From: Planctomycetota bacterium
GTDB taxonomy: Bacteria > Planctomycetota > B15-G4 > JADJEK01
NCBI GenBank assembly: GCA_044225365.1
Contig: JBGAIQ010000018.1
Location: 32,001 to 96,000 of the forward strand
Direction: 5' to 3'
DNA length: 64,000 nt
Both the position numbers and the translations under genes were made by a program. Below are positions 28,467 to 40,125 of the stretch, one piece after another (position 1 is the stretch's first letter; each line of letters opens with the position of its first letter). The notes beneath the pieces were generated by a model. That model worked only from the letters and a program-made list of their open reading frames with translations. It was not told the origin of the DNA and did no database searches.

Positions 28467-29152
28467 CGCCCACCTCCGCCTGCGTCCCTGCGACTCGAAG
28501 GAATCGAATCCGAACGTGCACGTTCGAAGCGGCTCGGACCGAACGGAACGGCGATCGGATCGACGGTGACGAAGTTCTCGCGGGTCGCCGATTGCGCGAC
28601 CCCCGGCCGAACCACGTTGAAGTCCGAAGCGAATCGGAACGAACCCACACGATGCGCCGAGCGACCGGAGAGCAGTGTCGACGAAACGCCGAGCAGCAAC
28701 AACGCAGCAACCGCCGCGCGCAGCAGCTCCGCGCCGGATGGCCGATAAGCGCGACGTCGCGCCGCCAGCGCCGTTCGAGCCCGTTCGGCATGGATTCCGC
28801 CGAGCACCCGGTCGGCAAAGCCCTGCGGCGCGGATCGCCGCGGCAGCAGACCGAGGGTCGCTTCGATGCCGGAGACACTGCGCGCATGCGTTGCGGACGC
28901 TCGTTGTGAAGCGTGCGCGAACCCGGCCATTCGCTGGGTGAAGAGACGCACGGATTCGGGCGCGGGGACTCGCGGAAGCGTCGCCACGAGCGTACGCAGG
29001 CAACGGGCACGTTCGACGCGAGAACGCAGATCGGGGACGCACTCGAACATCGACTCGAATCGTCGGCCATCCTCGGCCGACAGCCCCCCATCGATGTACT
29101 CGACGATGAGTTCGTCGATCGATTCGCGTCCGAAGGCAGCGGGATCGATCAT
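28463..29152 (-). CDS. Single-pass membrane anti-sigma factor (RseA/RsiW-like)
   Basis: N-terminal anti-sigma domain ELIVEYIDGGLS, one TM helix (AAVAALLLLGV), ATGA overlap with the ECF sigma gene. Confidence 0.78.
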   Translation of the reverse strand: MIDPAAFGRESIDELIVEYIDGGLSAEDGRRFESMFECVPDLRSRVERARCLRTLVATLPRVPAPESVRLFTQRMAGFAHASQRASATHARSVSGIEATLGLLPRRSAPQGFADRVLGGIHAERARTALAARRRAYRPSGAELLRAAVAALLLLGVSSTLLSGRSAHRVGSFRFASDFNVVRPGVAQSATRENFVTVDPIAVPFGPSRFERARSDSIPSSRRDAGGGGR

Positions 29153-29754
29153 CCTTCCCCCCTGCCCGAGAGCGCGTCGAGAGCTGGCTTGAGCAGCCCT
29201 TCCAGGTTGGCATGCGCGCGATTCAGTCGAGACTTCACCGTTCCGACCGAGCACTCGAGCACTTCGGCAACTTCGTCGTAGGACAGCCCCTCGATGTAGC
29301 GCAGGACGACGATCGATCGGAGCTTCGGGCTGAGACGGGTGATCGCAGCCTGGACCTTGCTCTCGACGAATTCAGCCTCGCTCCAGGCATCCGCACCAGA
29401 TGCACCCTCGTCCGCAAGTCCGGCGAGAGCGACTCCGCCTGCTCCGTTCTCCGACAGCATCGGCGGCAGCGCATTCGTTCGGCGGCGTTTGTCGATGCTC
29501 AGGTTCACGGTAATGCGGTAGATCCACGTAAAGAGACGAGAACTGAATTGGAATTCGCCCAGCTTGCGGAAGATGGTCAGGAACACTTCCTGCGCAACGT
29601 CCGCCGCATCGGCCGAATTGCCAAGAACGCGAAGGGCAGTGTTGAAGACCCGGTCCTGGAAGCGCTCGACCAGCTCCCGGAACGCGGCTTCGAACTCCGC
29701 CGGATCGCCTGATTGGCAGCGGCGGACGATCTCGAAATCGTTATCGTCAGTCAT
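29149..29754 (-). CDS. ECF RNA polymerase sigma factor (RpoE-like)
   Basis: Sigma2 DAADVAQEVF...FTWIYRITVN and sigma4 GLSYDEVAEVLECSVGTVKSRLNRA. The start at 29754 is supported by the promoter just upstream. Confidence 0.95.
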   Translation of the reverse strand: MTDDNDFEIVRRCQSGDPAEFEAAFRELVERFQDRVFNTALRVLGNSADAADVAQEVFLTIFRKLGEFQFSSRLFTWIYRITVNLSIDKRRRTNALPPMLSENGAGGVALAGLADEGASGADAWSEAEFVESKVQAAITRLSPKLRSIVVLRYIEGLSYDEVAEVLECSVGTVKSRLNRAHANLEGLLKPALDALSGRGEG

Positions 29755-29774
29755 CCCGTCGCCTGCACGGTCGT

Positions 29775-29803
29775 TTCGACGCAGCTCCACGAACGTAAGT
29801 TCC
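29775..29803 (-). promoter_or_regulatory. Autoregulatory sigmaE-type promoter
   Basis: Minus strand GGAACTT-N16-GTCGAA, close to the RpoE consensus GGAACTT-N16-GTCAAA, 20 nt before the ATG. Confidence 0.75.
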
Positions 29804-29848
29804 GCACAAACCGTCCGCAAAACGAACGCCGACTGGTTCCGAGACATT

Positions 29849-29866
29849 TCCGTAAGACTTTACGGA
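29849..29866. promoter_or_regulatory. Perfect inverted repeat, candidate operator
   Basis: TCCGTAA-GACT-TTACGGA upstream of the ECF promoter. Confidence 0.4.
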
Positions 29867-29925
29867 TCCGAGCCTTGTGAAATCCGAATCAAGCCTTCGC
29901 CAGAGCAGGCGGATTCGGGAGCGCG

Positions 29926-29950
29926 AAAAAAATGGGAGCGAACCGCTCCC
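29926..29950 (-). terminator. Intrinsic terminator of the 29954-30937 gene
   Basis: GGGAGCG/CGCTCCC 7-bp stem followed on the minus strand by A and seven T. Confidence 0.8.
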
Positions 29951-29953
29951 GGC

Positions 29954-30937
29954 TCAAAGGCCGAGGAGCAAGTCGACGTCGAGAACGATCTTGTCGTCCG
30001 CCGCGGACCCCGTCATCGAGCAAATCCCGCCGTTACAGGCGAACGTCCCCGTGGTGCATCCGATCGACAGCACGACGCTCTGCAGGACGCCCGGCGTCTC
30101 GGTCGGGATCTGGGTATCGACCGACCCGCAGACCTCGTTCGAATCCCAGCCCAAGACCGATCCGTTCGTGTCCTGCGGTTCCGCCGAGCCCCCGTCGCTT
30201 CCGCCGTCCGAACTTCCACCGCTCTTGAGCGGGGTGTAGACCCATCGGAAGAACTTGCCGTTGTGGGCAGCAAGCGTGATCGAATCGCCAATCGGCTCGG
30301 CGGCGACATGACCAACGGCCGCGAAGGCGACCGACCCGTATCCTCGGATCGTCTCGGTCGGAACCCGGAACGTCAGGATCGCCATCTGATACGGGCCCCA
30401 GAACGCGAAGCTCACGTCGGACAGCAAGGCCGGGAGCTGGTCGGTCATGTCGACGAGCGAGTGAGCCCCGGTCGGCGACTTCGCCGCGACGTAGAGCTTG
30501 AATCCGTCGATCAGCGAGAGCGCACCCGGGATGATGTACAGGGAGACGACGATGTCGGAACCCTGCTGGTACGAACCGATCGTCAATTTCGGCACGACCG
30601 GGTGAACGACGCCCGGGGAGAACACGTCATGTCGACCCGACAGGCAGAACTCGAAGCCGTCCGGCTGCCCATCGCCATCGCAATCCGGATTCATCGGGGA
30701 CGCATCCCACGCCGGATTCGAGGAGACGACGTTGAGGTAGGACTCGAAGCTATCGGGCAGTCCGTCGAGGTCGGAATCCTGATTCGCCGTCGAACCCGAT
30801 CCCGCATACGCCACCGTATCCGTGCGCGAAACGCCCAATGCGAGCAGGATCGCAAATACCACGATGCCACAACGACGCCACGCGGGGGCGCCCTGACGGC
30901 TTCGAGAATGGGCAACGGGTGCGGCGATGGGAGTCAC
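29954..30937 (-). CDS. Secreted protein with DxDxDG Ca-binding motifs and a Cys-rich C-terminus
   Basis: Hydrophobic N-terminal signal, DSDLDGLPD and DCDGDGQPD motifs, four Cys in the last ~55 aa, dedicated terminator. Confidence 0.72.
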   Translation of the reverse strand: MTPIAAPVAHSRSRQGAPAWRRCGIVVFAILLALGVSRTDTVAYAGSGSTANQDSDLDGLPDSFESYLNVVSSNPAWDASPMNPDCDGDGQPDGFEFCLSGRHDVFSPGVVHPVVPKLTIGSYQQGSDIVVSLYIIPGALSLIDGFKLYVAAKSPTGAHSLVDMTDQLPALLSDVSFAFWGPYQMAILTFRVPTETIRGYGSVAFAAVGHVAAEPIGDSITLAAHNGKFFRWVYTPLKSGGSSDGGSDGGSAEPQDTNGSVLGWDSNEVCGSVDTQIPTETPGVLQSVVLSIGCTTGTFACNGGICSMTGSAADDKIVLDVDLLLGL

Positions 30938-31104
30938 CTGAGGGATTCTCGGCGCGAGGAAACGCGAGGGAAAGGCGCCCTCGCGCGGGATGAATCATAT
31001 ATCGCCCACCCCCGTCCAAGCAACGCATCCTTCAGCGAGTTGGAGAATCTACGAAGTTCTCCGGACTCCGCCAAACTCATGATTGAAACGGATTTCAGGA
31101 CCGA

Positions 31105-33723
<2,619 letters not shown>

Positions 33724-33748
33724 GGCGAACCCTCCACGGCGCGCTTCA

Positions 33749-33764
33749 TGCATCCGCCATGCCG
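33749..33764 (-). promoter_or_regulatory. Candidate sigma54 (-24/-12) promoter of clpB
   Basis: Minus strand CGGCATG-GCGG-ATGCA with exact GG-N10-GC spacing, 25 nt before the ATG. Confidence 0.55.
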
Positions 33765-33939
33765 GGCAAATCGGCGCTCGGGATGACGTTTTTGCCGCGA
33801 GATCGAGAGCGAACGCGTCAGAAATTCGACGCTCGACCGCGCAGCGCGACGAATCGACGCGTCGCGATCGTCGGCGAGGCCGCTCCGCCCCACACCCGGC
33901 GTTCGTTTTCCCGCGGCGAAATCCCCGCAGCCGTCGCGG

Positions 33940-35361
33940 TCAGCGCTTCTCGGGAACGGTCGTGACATGGATCCGCGGGATCATGTCCGTCCACTCGGAG
34001 CGGGGAATCTCGAGTCTCGACTCGATCGCGGCGGGATCGCTCTCCACCGCTTCCAACAGGCAGGTCGAGGCCAGCGAGGGGTCCTTCGGAGGTGGGAACG
34101 CCGTCCCTCCGATCGATCGCAACAAGCCACTCGTGGAGAACCTCACGAACCCGATTCGATTCGAGAGCGCGACGCCGCCCGCGCGCGTGGGCTCGCCGGC
34201 GACGGCGAGGAGGAATCGCTGCGGCCTGTCGTCCGCGAATCCGAGCGCCGTTCGGCGATCGTCGTTCGCCGTCCGAGCACCCGCGGCCGCGAGCGCCGTG
34301 GAGAGCGCGGGACTTGGTTCCCGTAGCTTCGCGCCACAGACGAGCAATGCCAGCGACTCGGACCCGCCGTGCACCAGGACGCGCGTTTCCTCGAAGTCCG
34401 CGTCGAACCGTTCTCGCGATGCAGGATCCGCTTCTTCCTGCACGATGAGCGAGAGGAGATCCTTGAGATCGACGCCGATCTCCCCCTCGAGAAGTGCTCG
34501 TGGGAACGCGTCCACTTGACTGGGAGGCGGATTCGGCGCAATCGAGCGCGCTCGCCCCATGGCCAAGAAGCCCGCGGATCCCGACCGTAGGACGACGCGA
34601 CCGCGCACGCGGAGGGCGTCGGAGTCGAATCCGATCCGTAGTTCGACCGAGTCGACATCGGCGAGGATCCGTTCGACGACGGGCAACAGGAGATCGAATC
34701 GCGCGGCAACGAGGGCGTCGCGCGCAAAGGCCATCCGCGAGAGATGCGCGAGCCCGATCCAGCGCGGCGCCCAGGTATCCCGGCCCCTCGCGAGATCGAG
34801 TCGCGCGGCGACATCGACTCGCTCGCTGCGCGATCGAGCGCGCTCGCGTCCGAGATGGCGGTCCAGGTAATCGGCGAGCGCCGGCCCACTCTCCGGGTGC
34901 TTCAGCGCGAACGCGTAGGCGCCGTTCGTGAGGACGACGCGATCGTCCTTCGGATCGTTCGGGTTCGAGGCGCTCGGCGCCGGGGCAGGATTCCTTGCGG
35001 CCGCCCCATCCGCCATCCGCACGCCGAACTCGATTCGCTCGAGCGATCCGTCGTCCCAGGCGACGAACAGCGATCCGAACGGCGCCTCGGCGGCGAGTTG
35101 TCCGCTCGCGGCCAGTCGCGCATCGACGCCGATCCGCTCCTGGATCGACGCGGCGTCGACGAGTTCGGGCGGCGCATCGAGGGCCGTCGCATAGAACTGG
35201 GCGATGCGGCGGGCAGCGGTTCGCGCTCCGAAGACCGCGAGGTGGCCGACGATGACTCCGTCGTCGAGCGCAATCGGCTCGTCGCTCGCCCACGCCGGAT
35301 CGGCCGGGGCGAGCAGGCCCAGGAACAACAGGCACGAGCGACCCGATCCAACCCGATTCAA
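33940..35361 (-). CDS. Exported hypothetical protein (start uncertain)
   Basis: 3' part of the 33940-36867 ORF. Signal-like CLLFLGLLAPADPAWA. It fills the gap between clpB and queG. Confidence 0.55.
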   Translation of the reverse strand: MNRVGSGRSCLLFLGLLAPADPAWASDEPIALDDGVIVGHLAVFGARTAARRIAQFYATALDAPPELVDAASIQERIGVDARLAASGQLAAEAPFGSLFVAWDDGSLERIEFGVRMADGAAARNPAPAPSASNPNDPKDDRVVLTNGAYAFALKHPESGPALADYLDRHLGRERARSRSERVDVAARLDLARGRDTWAPRWIGLAHLSRMAFARDALVAARFDLLLPVVERILADVDSVELRIGFDSDALRVRGRVVLRSGSAGFLAMGRARSIAPNPPPSQVDAFPRALLEGEIGVDLKDLLSLIVQEEADPASRERFDADFEETRVLVHGGSESLALLVCGAKLREPSPALSTALAAAGARTANDDRRTALGFADDRPQRFLLAVAGEPTRAGGVALSNRIGFVRFSTSGLLRSIGGTAFPPPKDPSLASTCLLEAVESDPAAIESRLEIPRSEWTDMIPRIHVTTVPEKR

Positions 35362-35523
35362 TCGAAGACTCCTCGACGAAACGCGGGAGACAGCCGTCCA
35401 TCCATCCCGCGGACCGCGATTCAAGGCGATGCCGCGCCACAAGCAAGAGCGGACGGCCTCCCGTCTTCGATCTCCGTGAACATCCTCTACCACTTGGTGG
35501 GCCGGTTCGCGAAGATCGCTGTG

Positions 35524-36636
35524 ATGGCGACGTCCCTCGACGCATCGATTCGGCTGCGCGCGCGCGAACTCGGCTTCCAGGCCGTCGGCGTCACTCGCGT
35601 CGATCCAACGCTCGATCCTAGAGGGAGTCTCCTCGACTGGATCGCAAAGGGTCATCACGGCGCCATGCAGTACCTCGCGCGCGAGCCAGCCCGCCGAACG
35701 GATGGGCGCGGCCTCCTGGCGACCGCTCGCTCGATCGTCGTCGTGGCGGCAGCTTATCCACGGACCTCGGTCGGTGCGCCGCTCGCCGGCTACGCCCGTC
35801 TGCAGGACTACCACCTGCGGATGACGGCGGCCCTGCGCGCGCTGCTGGAGTCCATTCAAGTGCTCGCGCCCGGTACCGAAGGAGTCGTCGCCGTCGACAC
35901 CAAGCCCGTCCTCGAACGCGCGGCCGCCGCCCGTGCGGGCATCGGCTTCATCGGGAAGAACACGATGCTGATGGACGTCGAGCGCGGGCCATGGCAGATG
36001 CTCGGTTGCCTCGTGCTCTCGCTCGAACTCGAACCCGATGCCCCGCAGAAGAGCCGGTGCGGGACCTGCACTCGCTGCCTCGACGCTTGTCCGACCCGCG
36101 CGTTCGTTGCGCCCTACGTCCTCGACGCGCGGAGGTGTCTGTCCTACTGGACGATCGAGCATCGGGGGGCGTGGCCACGTGAATTCCGCGAGAAGCTCGG
36201 TGGTCGGATCTTCGGGTGCGACGACTGTCTCGCGGTCTGTCCGTACCCGCGTCGCAGCGACGGACGCCATTCCACACTGCTTCCGATCGCCGACGAACTC
36301 GTGAATCTCGACCCGCGAGAGACTCTGCGGCGGTGCGAAGCGAGCTTCCAGCGCCACTTCAAGCGCTACGCGATCCAGCGCGCGGGCAAGGCCGGCTTGC
36401 AACGCAACGCGATCACCGCCCTCGGGAATACAGGGGGCGAGGCCGATGTCGATCTCCTGGAGCGTTACCTGCAGCACCCCGATCGCGGCGTTCGATCGCA
36501 TGCTGCCTGGTCCCTCGGTCGCATCGGCGGCACGAAGGCCAGGATCGCGCTCCTCGCCGGACTCGGTCGCGAGATCGACGACGTCGTGAAGAGCGAGATC
36601 CGCGACGCTCTCGCGATGGAGCCACGCGATGCGTGA
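35524..36636 (+). CDS. queG: tRNA epoxyqueuosine(34) reductase
   Basis: YARLQDYH, VDTKPVLER, GFIGKN, CGTCTRCLDACPT, CLSYWTIE and GCDDCLAVCP motifs, with C-terminal HEAT repeats. Confidence 0.95.
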   Translation: MATSLDASIRLRARELGFQAVGVTRVDPTLDPRGSLLDWIAKGHHGAMQYLAREPARRTDGRGLLATARSIVVVAAAYPRTSVGAPLAGYARLQDYHLRMTAALRALLESIQVLAPGTEGVVAVDTKPVLERAAAARAGIGFIGKNTMLMDVERGPWQMLGCLVLSLELEPDAPQKSRCGTCTRCLDACPTRAFVAPYVLDARRCLSYWTIEHRGAWPREFREKLGGRIFGCDDCLAVCPYPRRSDGRHSTLLPIADELVNLDPRETLRRCEASFQRHFKRYAIQRAGKAGLQRNAITALGNTGGEADVDLLERYLQHPDRGVRSHAAWSLGRIGGTKARIALLAGLGREIDDVVKSEIRDALAMEPRDA

Positions 36637-37069
36637 CTCCATACCACGACCCACGATTCGATCGATGATCGCCTGCGCGCTGATGTCCGTCCTCGTGCTC
36701 ACAGCACTGTCGGTCGACCCCGAACCCCGCGGACCGCTCGCGATCGCCGCCGACTTGTGGCTCCTGGGGCACGACGCCGAGGCGCGGCGATCGTTCGCGC
36801 GCGGTGAAGTCGCCTTGATCGACGCGGGAGTCGATCCCTCGCGCTTCACTCTCTCGCTCGATCTCACTCCGCGGGGACATGGCGACTCGGATCGTGCGTT
36901 CGCCTTGCTCGATCGGCTGGCCCGCGACGATCGATCGAAGGCCGTCTATCGCGCGCTCTGGTTCGCCCGGGCTGGTGATCGCGAGGCTGCCCGCAACGCT
37001 CTACCCGCTCTGCCGAGTGGACAGGCTCCACGGCGACTCCTCGATCTCGTCGCGGCGCTGCGGGATTGA
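36629..37069 (+). CDS. Small helical hypothetical protein with a hydrophobic N-terminus
   Basis: Overlaps the queG stop, GGAG RBS, fills the gap before the next gene. Confidence 0.5.
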   Translation: MRDSIPRPTIRSMIACALMSVLVLTALSVDPEPRGPLAIAADLWLLGHDAEARRSFARGEVALIDAGVDPSRFTLSLDLTPRGHGDSDRAFALLDRLARDDRSKAVYRALWFARAGDREAARNALPALPSGQAPRRLLDLVAALRD

Positions 37070-37136
37070 GCGACTCGGCTTCTCGACCGTCGACTATCCT
37101 TCCGTGCTTCCTGGTACACCCTGGCGGATCGCCCCC

Positions 37137-37850
37137 ATGAAATCGACTCTCCCTTCGCCCTGCGCCGTCCTTGGTCTCACCGGTGTGGTCGCTGGCCTCT
37201 TCGCATGTGCGTCACCGCCTTCGAAGGACGCTGCGTCGCCGTCGAACGCTCCGTCGGAGTCTGCGCTCGCCGTGAAGCAACCAGCTCATCCGTTCGCGAA
37301 GGACTTCGAACCTCCGCGCGCCCTCGACACCTCGCGCATCCATCTCGAGCCCCTAGGTCCCGAGCATACGAAGCTCGACTACGCGGCCTTCATGTCGAGC
37401 ATCGATCACCTCCATCGAACCTTGCATTGGGGATCGTGGCCGCGACCGGATTTCACGCTCGAGGACAACGAGAAGGACCTCGTCGATCATCGCCGCGAGT
37501 TCGACGCCCGCGAGGCCTACGCATTCACGGTGCAAGCGGCCGATCGCACTCGCTGCGTCGGATGCATCTACCTCGACCCCGTGACGCAGGACGATCTCCC
37601 CGCAGGGACGCCGCCGGAGCCTGACGCGGCGTTCCTCGACTTCTGGGTCGTCGAGAACGAACTCGCGAACGATCTGGATCGCCATCTCCTCGAGTCCGTG
37701 CTCTCGTGGCTGCATCGCGATTGGCCGTTCTCCGCGATCTACGTCTCGCTCCATGTCGACAACGAGCGAGGAATCGCGATCGCCCGCGCGCTCGACCTTG
37801 CGGAGACCGCGGTGATCCCGATGAAGGACCACGTCGTGTTCCGGAGTTGA
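37137..37850 (+). CDS. Lipoprotein with a GNAT/RimJ-like fold
   Basis: Lipobox LFAC. LEPLGPEH..LDYAAFMSS, GCIYLDP, WL..DWPF and VDNERG motifs recall a GNAT-like family. Confidence 0.65.
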   Translation: MKSTLPSPCAVLGLTGVVAGLFACASPPSKDAASPSNAPSESALAVKQPAHPFAKDFEPPRALDTSRIHLEPLGPEHTKLDYAAFMSSIDHLHRTLHWGSWPRPDFTLEDNEKDLVDHRREFDAREAYAFTVQAADRTRCVGCIYLDPVTQDDLPAGTPPEPDAAFLDFWVVENELANDLDRHLLESVLSWLHRDWPFSAIYVSLHVDNERGIAIARALDLAETAVIPMKDHVVFRS

Positions 37851-37896
37851 TGTCGAGCGCGGGACTCTTCCGTCGCCGTGGATCCTGCGTCGAGCG

Positions 37897-39999
37897 TCAA
37901 CGTTTCTTCCCGAAGCCGCCGCGATGCGGCCGATAACCTACGGAGCGGGTCGGTTCGTCCTTCCCCTGCGGAACACCGCCCTTTCCTTCGTCGCGGTATC
38001 CCGTGAACTCGTCCCAATCGGCGCGCGCTCGGCCGGAGAGGTTCTTCTCGACCTTCTCGTGCTGCACCACGTCGTGCACGAGTCGTCCGTACTCCGAACT
38101 CGCCCGGCGCTGACGTTCTTCCATCGCTTCCTTCGGCGGACGCGACGGAATGAGCGCGTCGCAGCCGTCGCCGACGAGATCCATCCGACCGGCTTCGAGG
38201 AGAGCGTCGCGCACGAGGAACCAGTTCTCCGGTTTGAAGAACTGCATGAGCGCGCGCTGCATCATCCGGTCCTTCAGTTTCTTCGCGATCGGAACGGGCT
38301 CGAGCGTCATCGGATCGAGGCCGGTGTAGTACATCGCCGTGGCAAGATCGAGCGGTGAAGGAATGAAGTCCTGCACCTGGCGCGGCTTGTAACCATTGCG
38401 CTTCAGGAACAGCGCGAGGTCGATCATTGCGGGAAGGTCGCTGCCGGGGTGAGACGCGATGAAGTACGGAACGAGATACTGCTCCTTGCCCGCCGCCCGG
38501 CTCGCCTCGTCGAACCCTTTGCGGAACTCGACGAAGTCGTCGGACGATGGCTTCTTCATCAGTCCGAGGACTCGATCCGATGTGTGTTCCGGCGCGACTT
38601 TCAGATGTCCACCGACGTGATGGGCCGCGAGCTCCTTCATGTACTCGGGGCTGCGCTTCGCGAGGTCCATTCGGACGCCGGACGCGATATGCACCTTGCG
38701 CACGCCTTCGACTTCGCGCGTAGCCTTCATCAAGTCGGTGATCGGACCGTGATCGGTGCCGAGCAACTTGCAGATCGTCGGGTGGACGCACGACAGACGC
38801 TTGCAGCTCTTCTCCACCTCGGGCTTCGTGCACCGCATCTTGTACATGTTCGCGGTCGGACCGCCGATGTCGGAGACGATGCCTTTCCAGTCGTCGGCCT
38901 CCTTCAGTTTCTCGATCTCGCGGAGCACCGATCCCTTCGAACGCGATTGGATGATGCGTCCCTGATGGGTCGTGATCGAACAAAACGTGCAGCCGCCGAA
39001 GCACCCTCGCATGATCGTGACCGACGTCTTCATCATCTCCATCGCGGGGATCGCCTCGCAATAGGACGGATGCGGTCGGCGCGCGTAGGGCAGGTCGTAG
39101 ATCGCGTCCATCTCGGATTCCGAGAGAGGCAACCGCGGTGGATTCTGGATGACGACGCGATCGCCATGACGCTGCACGACGCGCCGCGCGTTCAGCGGAT
39201 TCGACTCGAGGTGGATCGATCGGGTTGCGATCGCGAAGCTCGACTTGTCGGCGACGACGTCCTCGAAACTCGGAATCTCGACCGTCGCAAGATCGCCTTG
39301 CGGAGTGCCGGGTCCGCGCATCGAATCGGGAAACGGCGGAACGATCTCGGACTTCCCGAGCAAGTAGGCGACTCCGCGCAAGTCGCGCAATGCGGCGACC
39401 GACTCGCCCGCGTCCAACCGGCGGCAGATCTCGACGATCCCGGCCTCGCCCATGCCGAAGCCGATGAGATCGGCCTTGCTCGTCGCCAGGATCGACGGCT
39501 TTACGGTGTCCGACCAGTAGTCGTAATGCGCAAAGCGGCGCAGGCTCGCTTCGACGCCACCCGCGATCACGGGCACGTTCTTGAACGCCTCGCGGCAGCG
39601 CTGCACGTAGACGTTCGTCGCGCGATCCGGTCGCAGGCCCGCTTTGCCGCCCGGCGAATAGGCGTCGTCCGAACGCGGCTTCTTCTGCGCCGTATAGTGA
39701 TTGAGCATCGAGTCCATGTTGCCCGCGCTCACGGCGAAGCAGAGCCGCGGACGACCGAAGGCGCGGAACGCGTCGACGGACTTCCAGTCGGGCTGCGACA
39801 GGATCGCGACGCGAAAACCCGCGGCCTCGAGCACGCGGCCGAGGATCGCCATCGCGAAGCTCGGATGATCGACGTAGGCATCGCCCGTGACGAACACGAC
39901 GTCGACCTGATCCCAACCAAGGGCCCGCACTTCCTCTTGCGTCATCGGGAGGAAGGGCAATCCGTTCGGCTTCGAATCGTGGGAGTCGAGAGTCGGCAT
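37897..39999 (-). CDS. ygiQ: YgiQ (UPF0313) family radical SAM protein
   Basis: VTGDAYVDHPSF, GNMDSM, RGCFGGCTFC, GGPTANMY, KVAPEH and QVQDFIP motifs. Confidence 0.93.
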   Translation of the reverse strand: MPTLDSHDSKPNGLPFLPMTQEEVRALGWDQVDVVFVTGDAYVDHPSFAMAILGRVLEAAGFRVAILSQPDWKSVDAFRAFGRPRLCFAVSAGNMDSMLNHYTAQKKPRSDDAYSPGGKAGLRPDRATNVYVQRCREAFKNVPVIAGGVEASLRRFAHYDYWSDTVKPSILATSKADLIGFGMGEAGIVEICRRLDAGESVAALRDLRGVAYLLGKSEIVPPFPDSMRGPGTPQGDLATVEIPSFEDVVADKSSFAIATRSIHLESNPLNARRVVQRHGDRVVIQNPPRLPLSESEMDAIYDLPYARRPHPSYCEAIPAMEMMKTSVTIMRGCFGGCTFCSITTHQGRIIQSRSKGSVLREIEKLKEADDWKGIVSDIGGPTANMYKMRCTKPEVEKSCKRLSCVHPTICKLLGTDHGPITDLMKATREVEGVRKVHIASGVRMDLAKRSPEYMKELAAHHVGGHLKVAPEHTSDRVLGLMKKPSSDDFVEFRKGFDEASRAAGKEQYLVPYFIASHPGSDLPAMIDLALFLKRNGYKPRQVQDFIPSPLDLATAMYYTGLDPMTLEPVPIAKKLKDRMMQRALMQFFKPENWFLVRDALLEAGRMDLVGDGCDALIPSRPPKEAMEERQRRASSEYGRLVHDVVQHEKVEKNLSGRARADWDEFTGYRDEGKGGVPQGKDEPTRSVGYRPHRGGFGKKR

Positions 40000-40125
40000 C
40001 CCCTGACGATAGAGCGGATCGTCCGCTTGTCCAACGCGCAGGGCGTTCTCCGGGGAGTAGAGTATCGTCGACCTCTTCGGAGACTCCGCGCCGGATCGGG
40101 CGCGGCGGGTGATCGGCGGTGCGAG

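Noticed and set aside
38449-40125. N-terminal part of the 1239-aa ORF, as a giant caspase fusion
   Set aside because: It is antisense to ygiQ. The caspase-like protein plausibly starts at ATG 40126 with a signal-like N-terminus.
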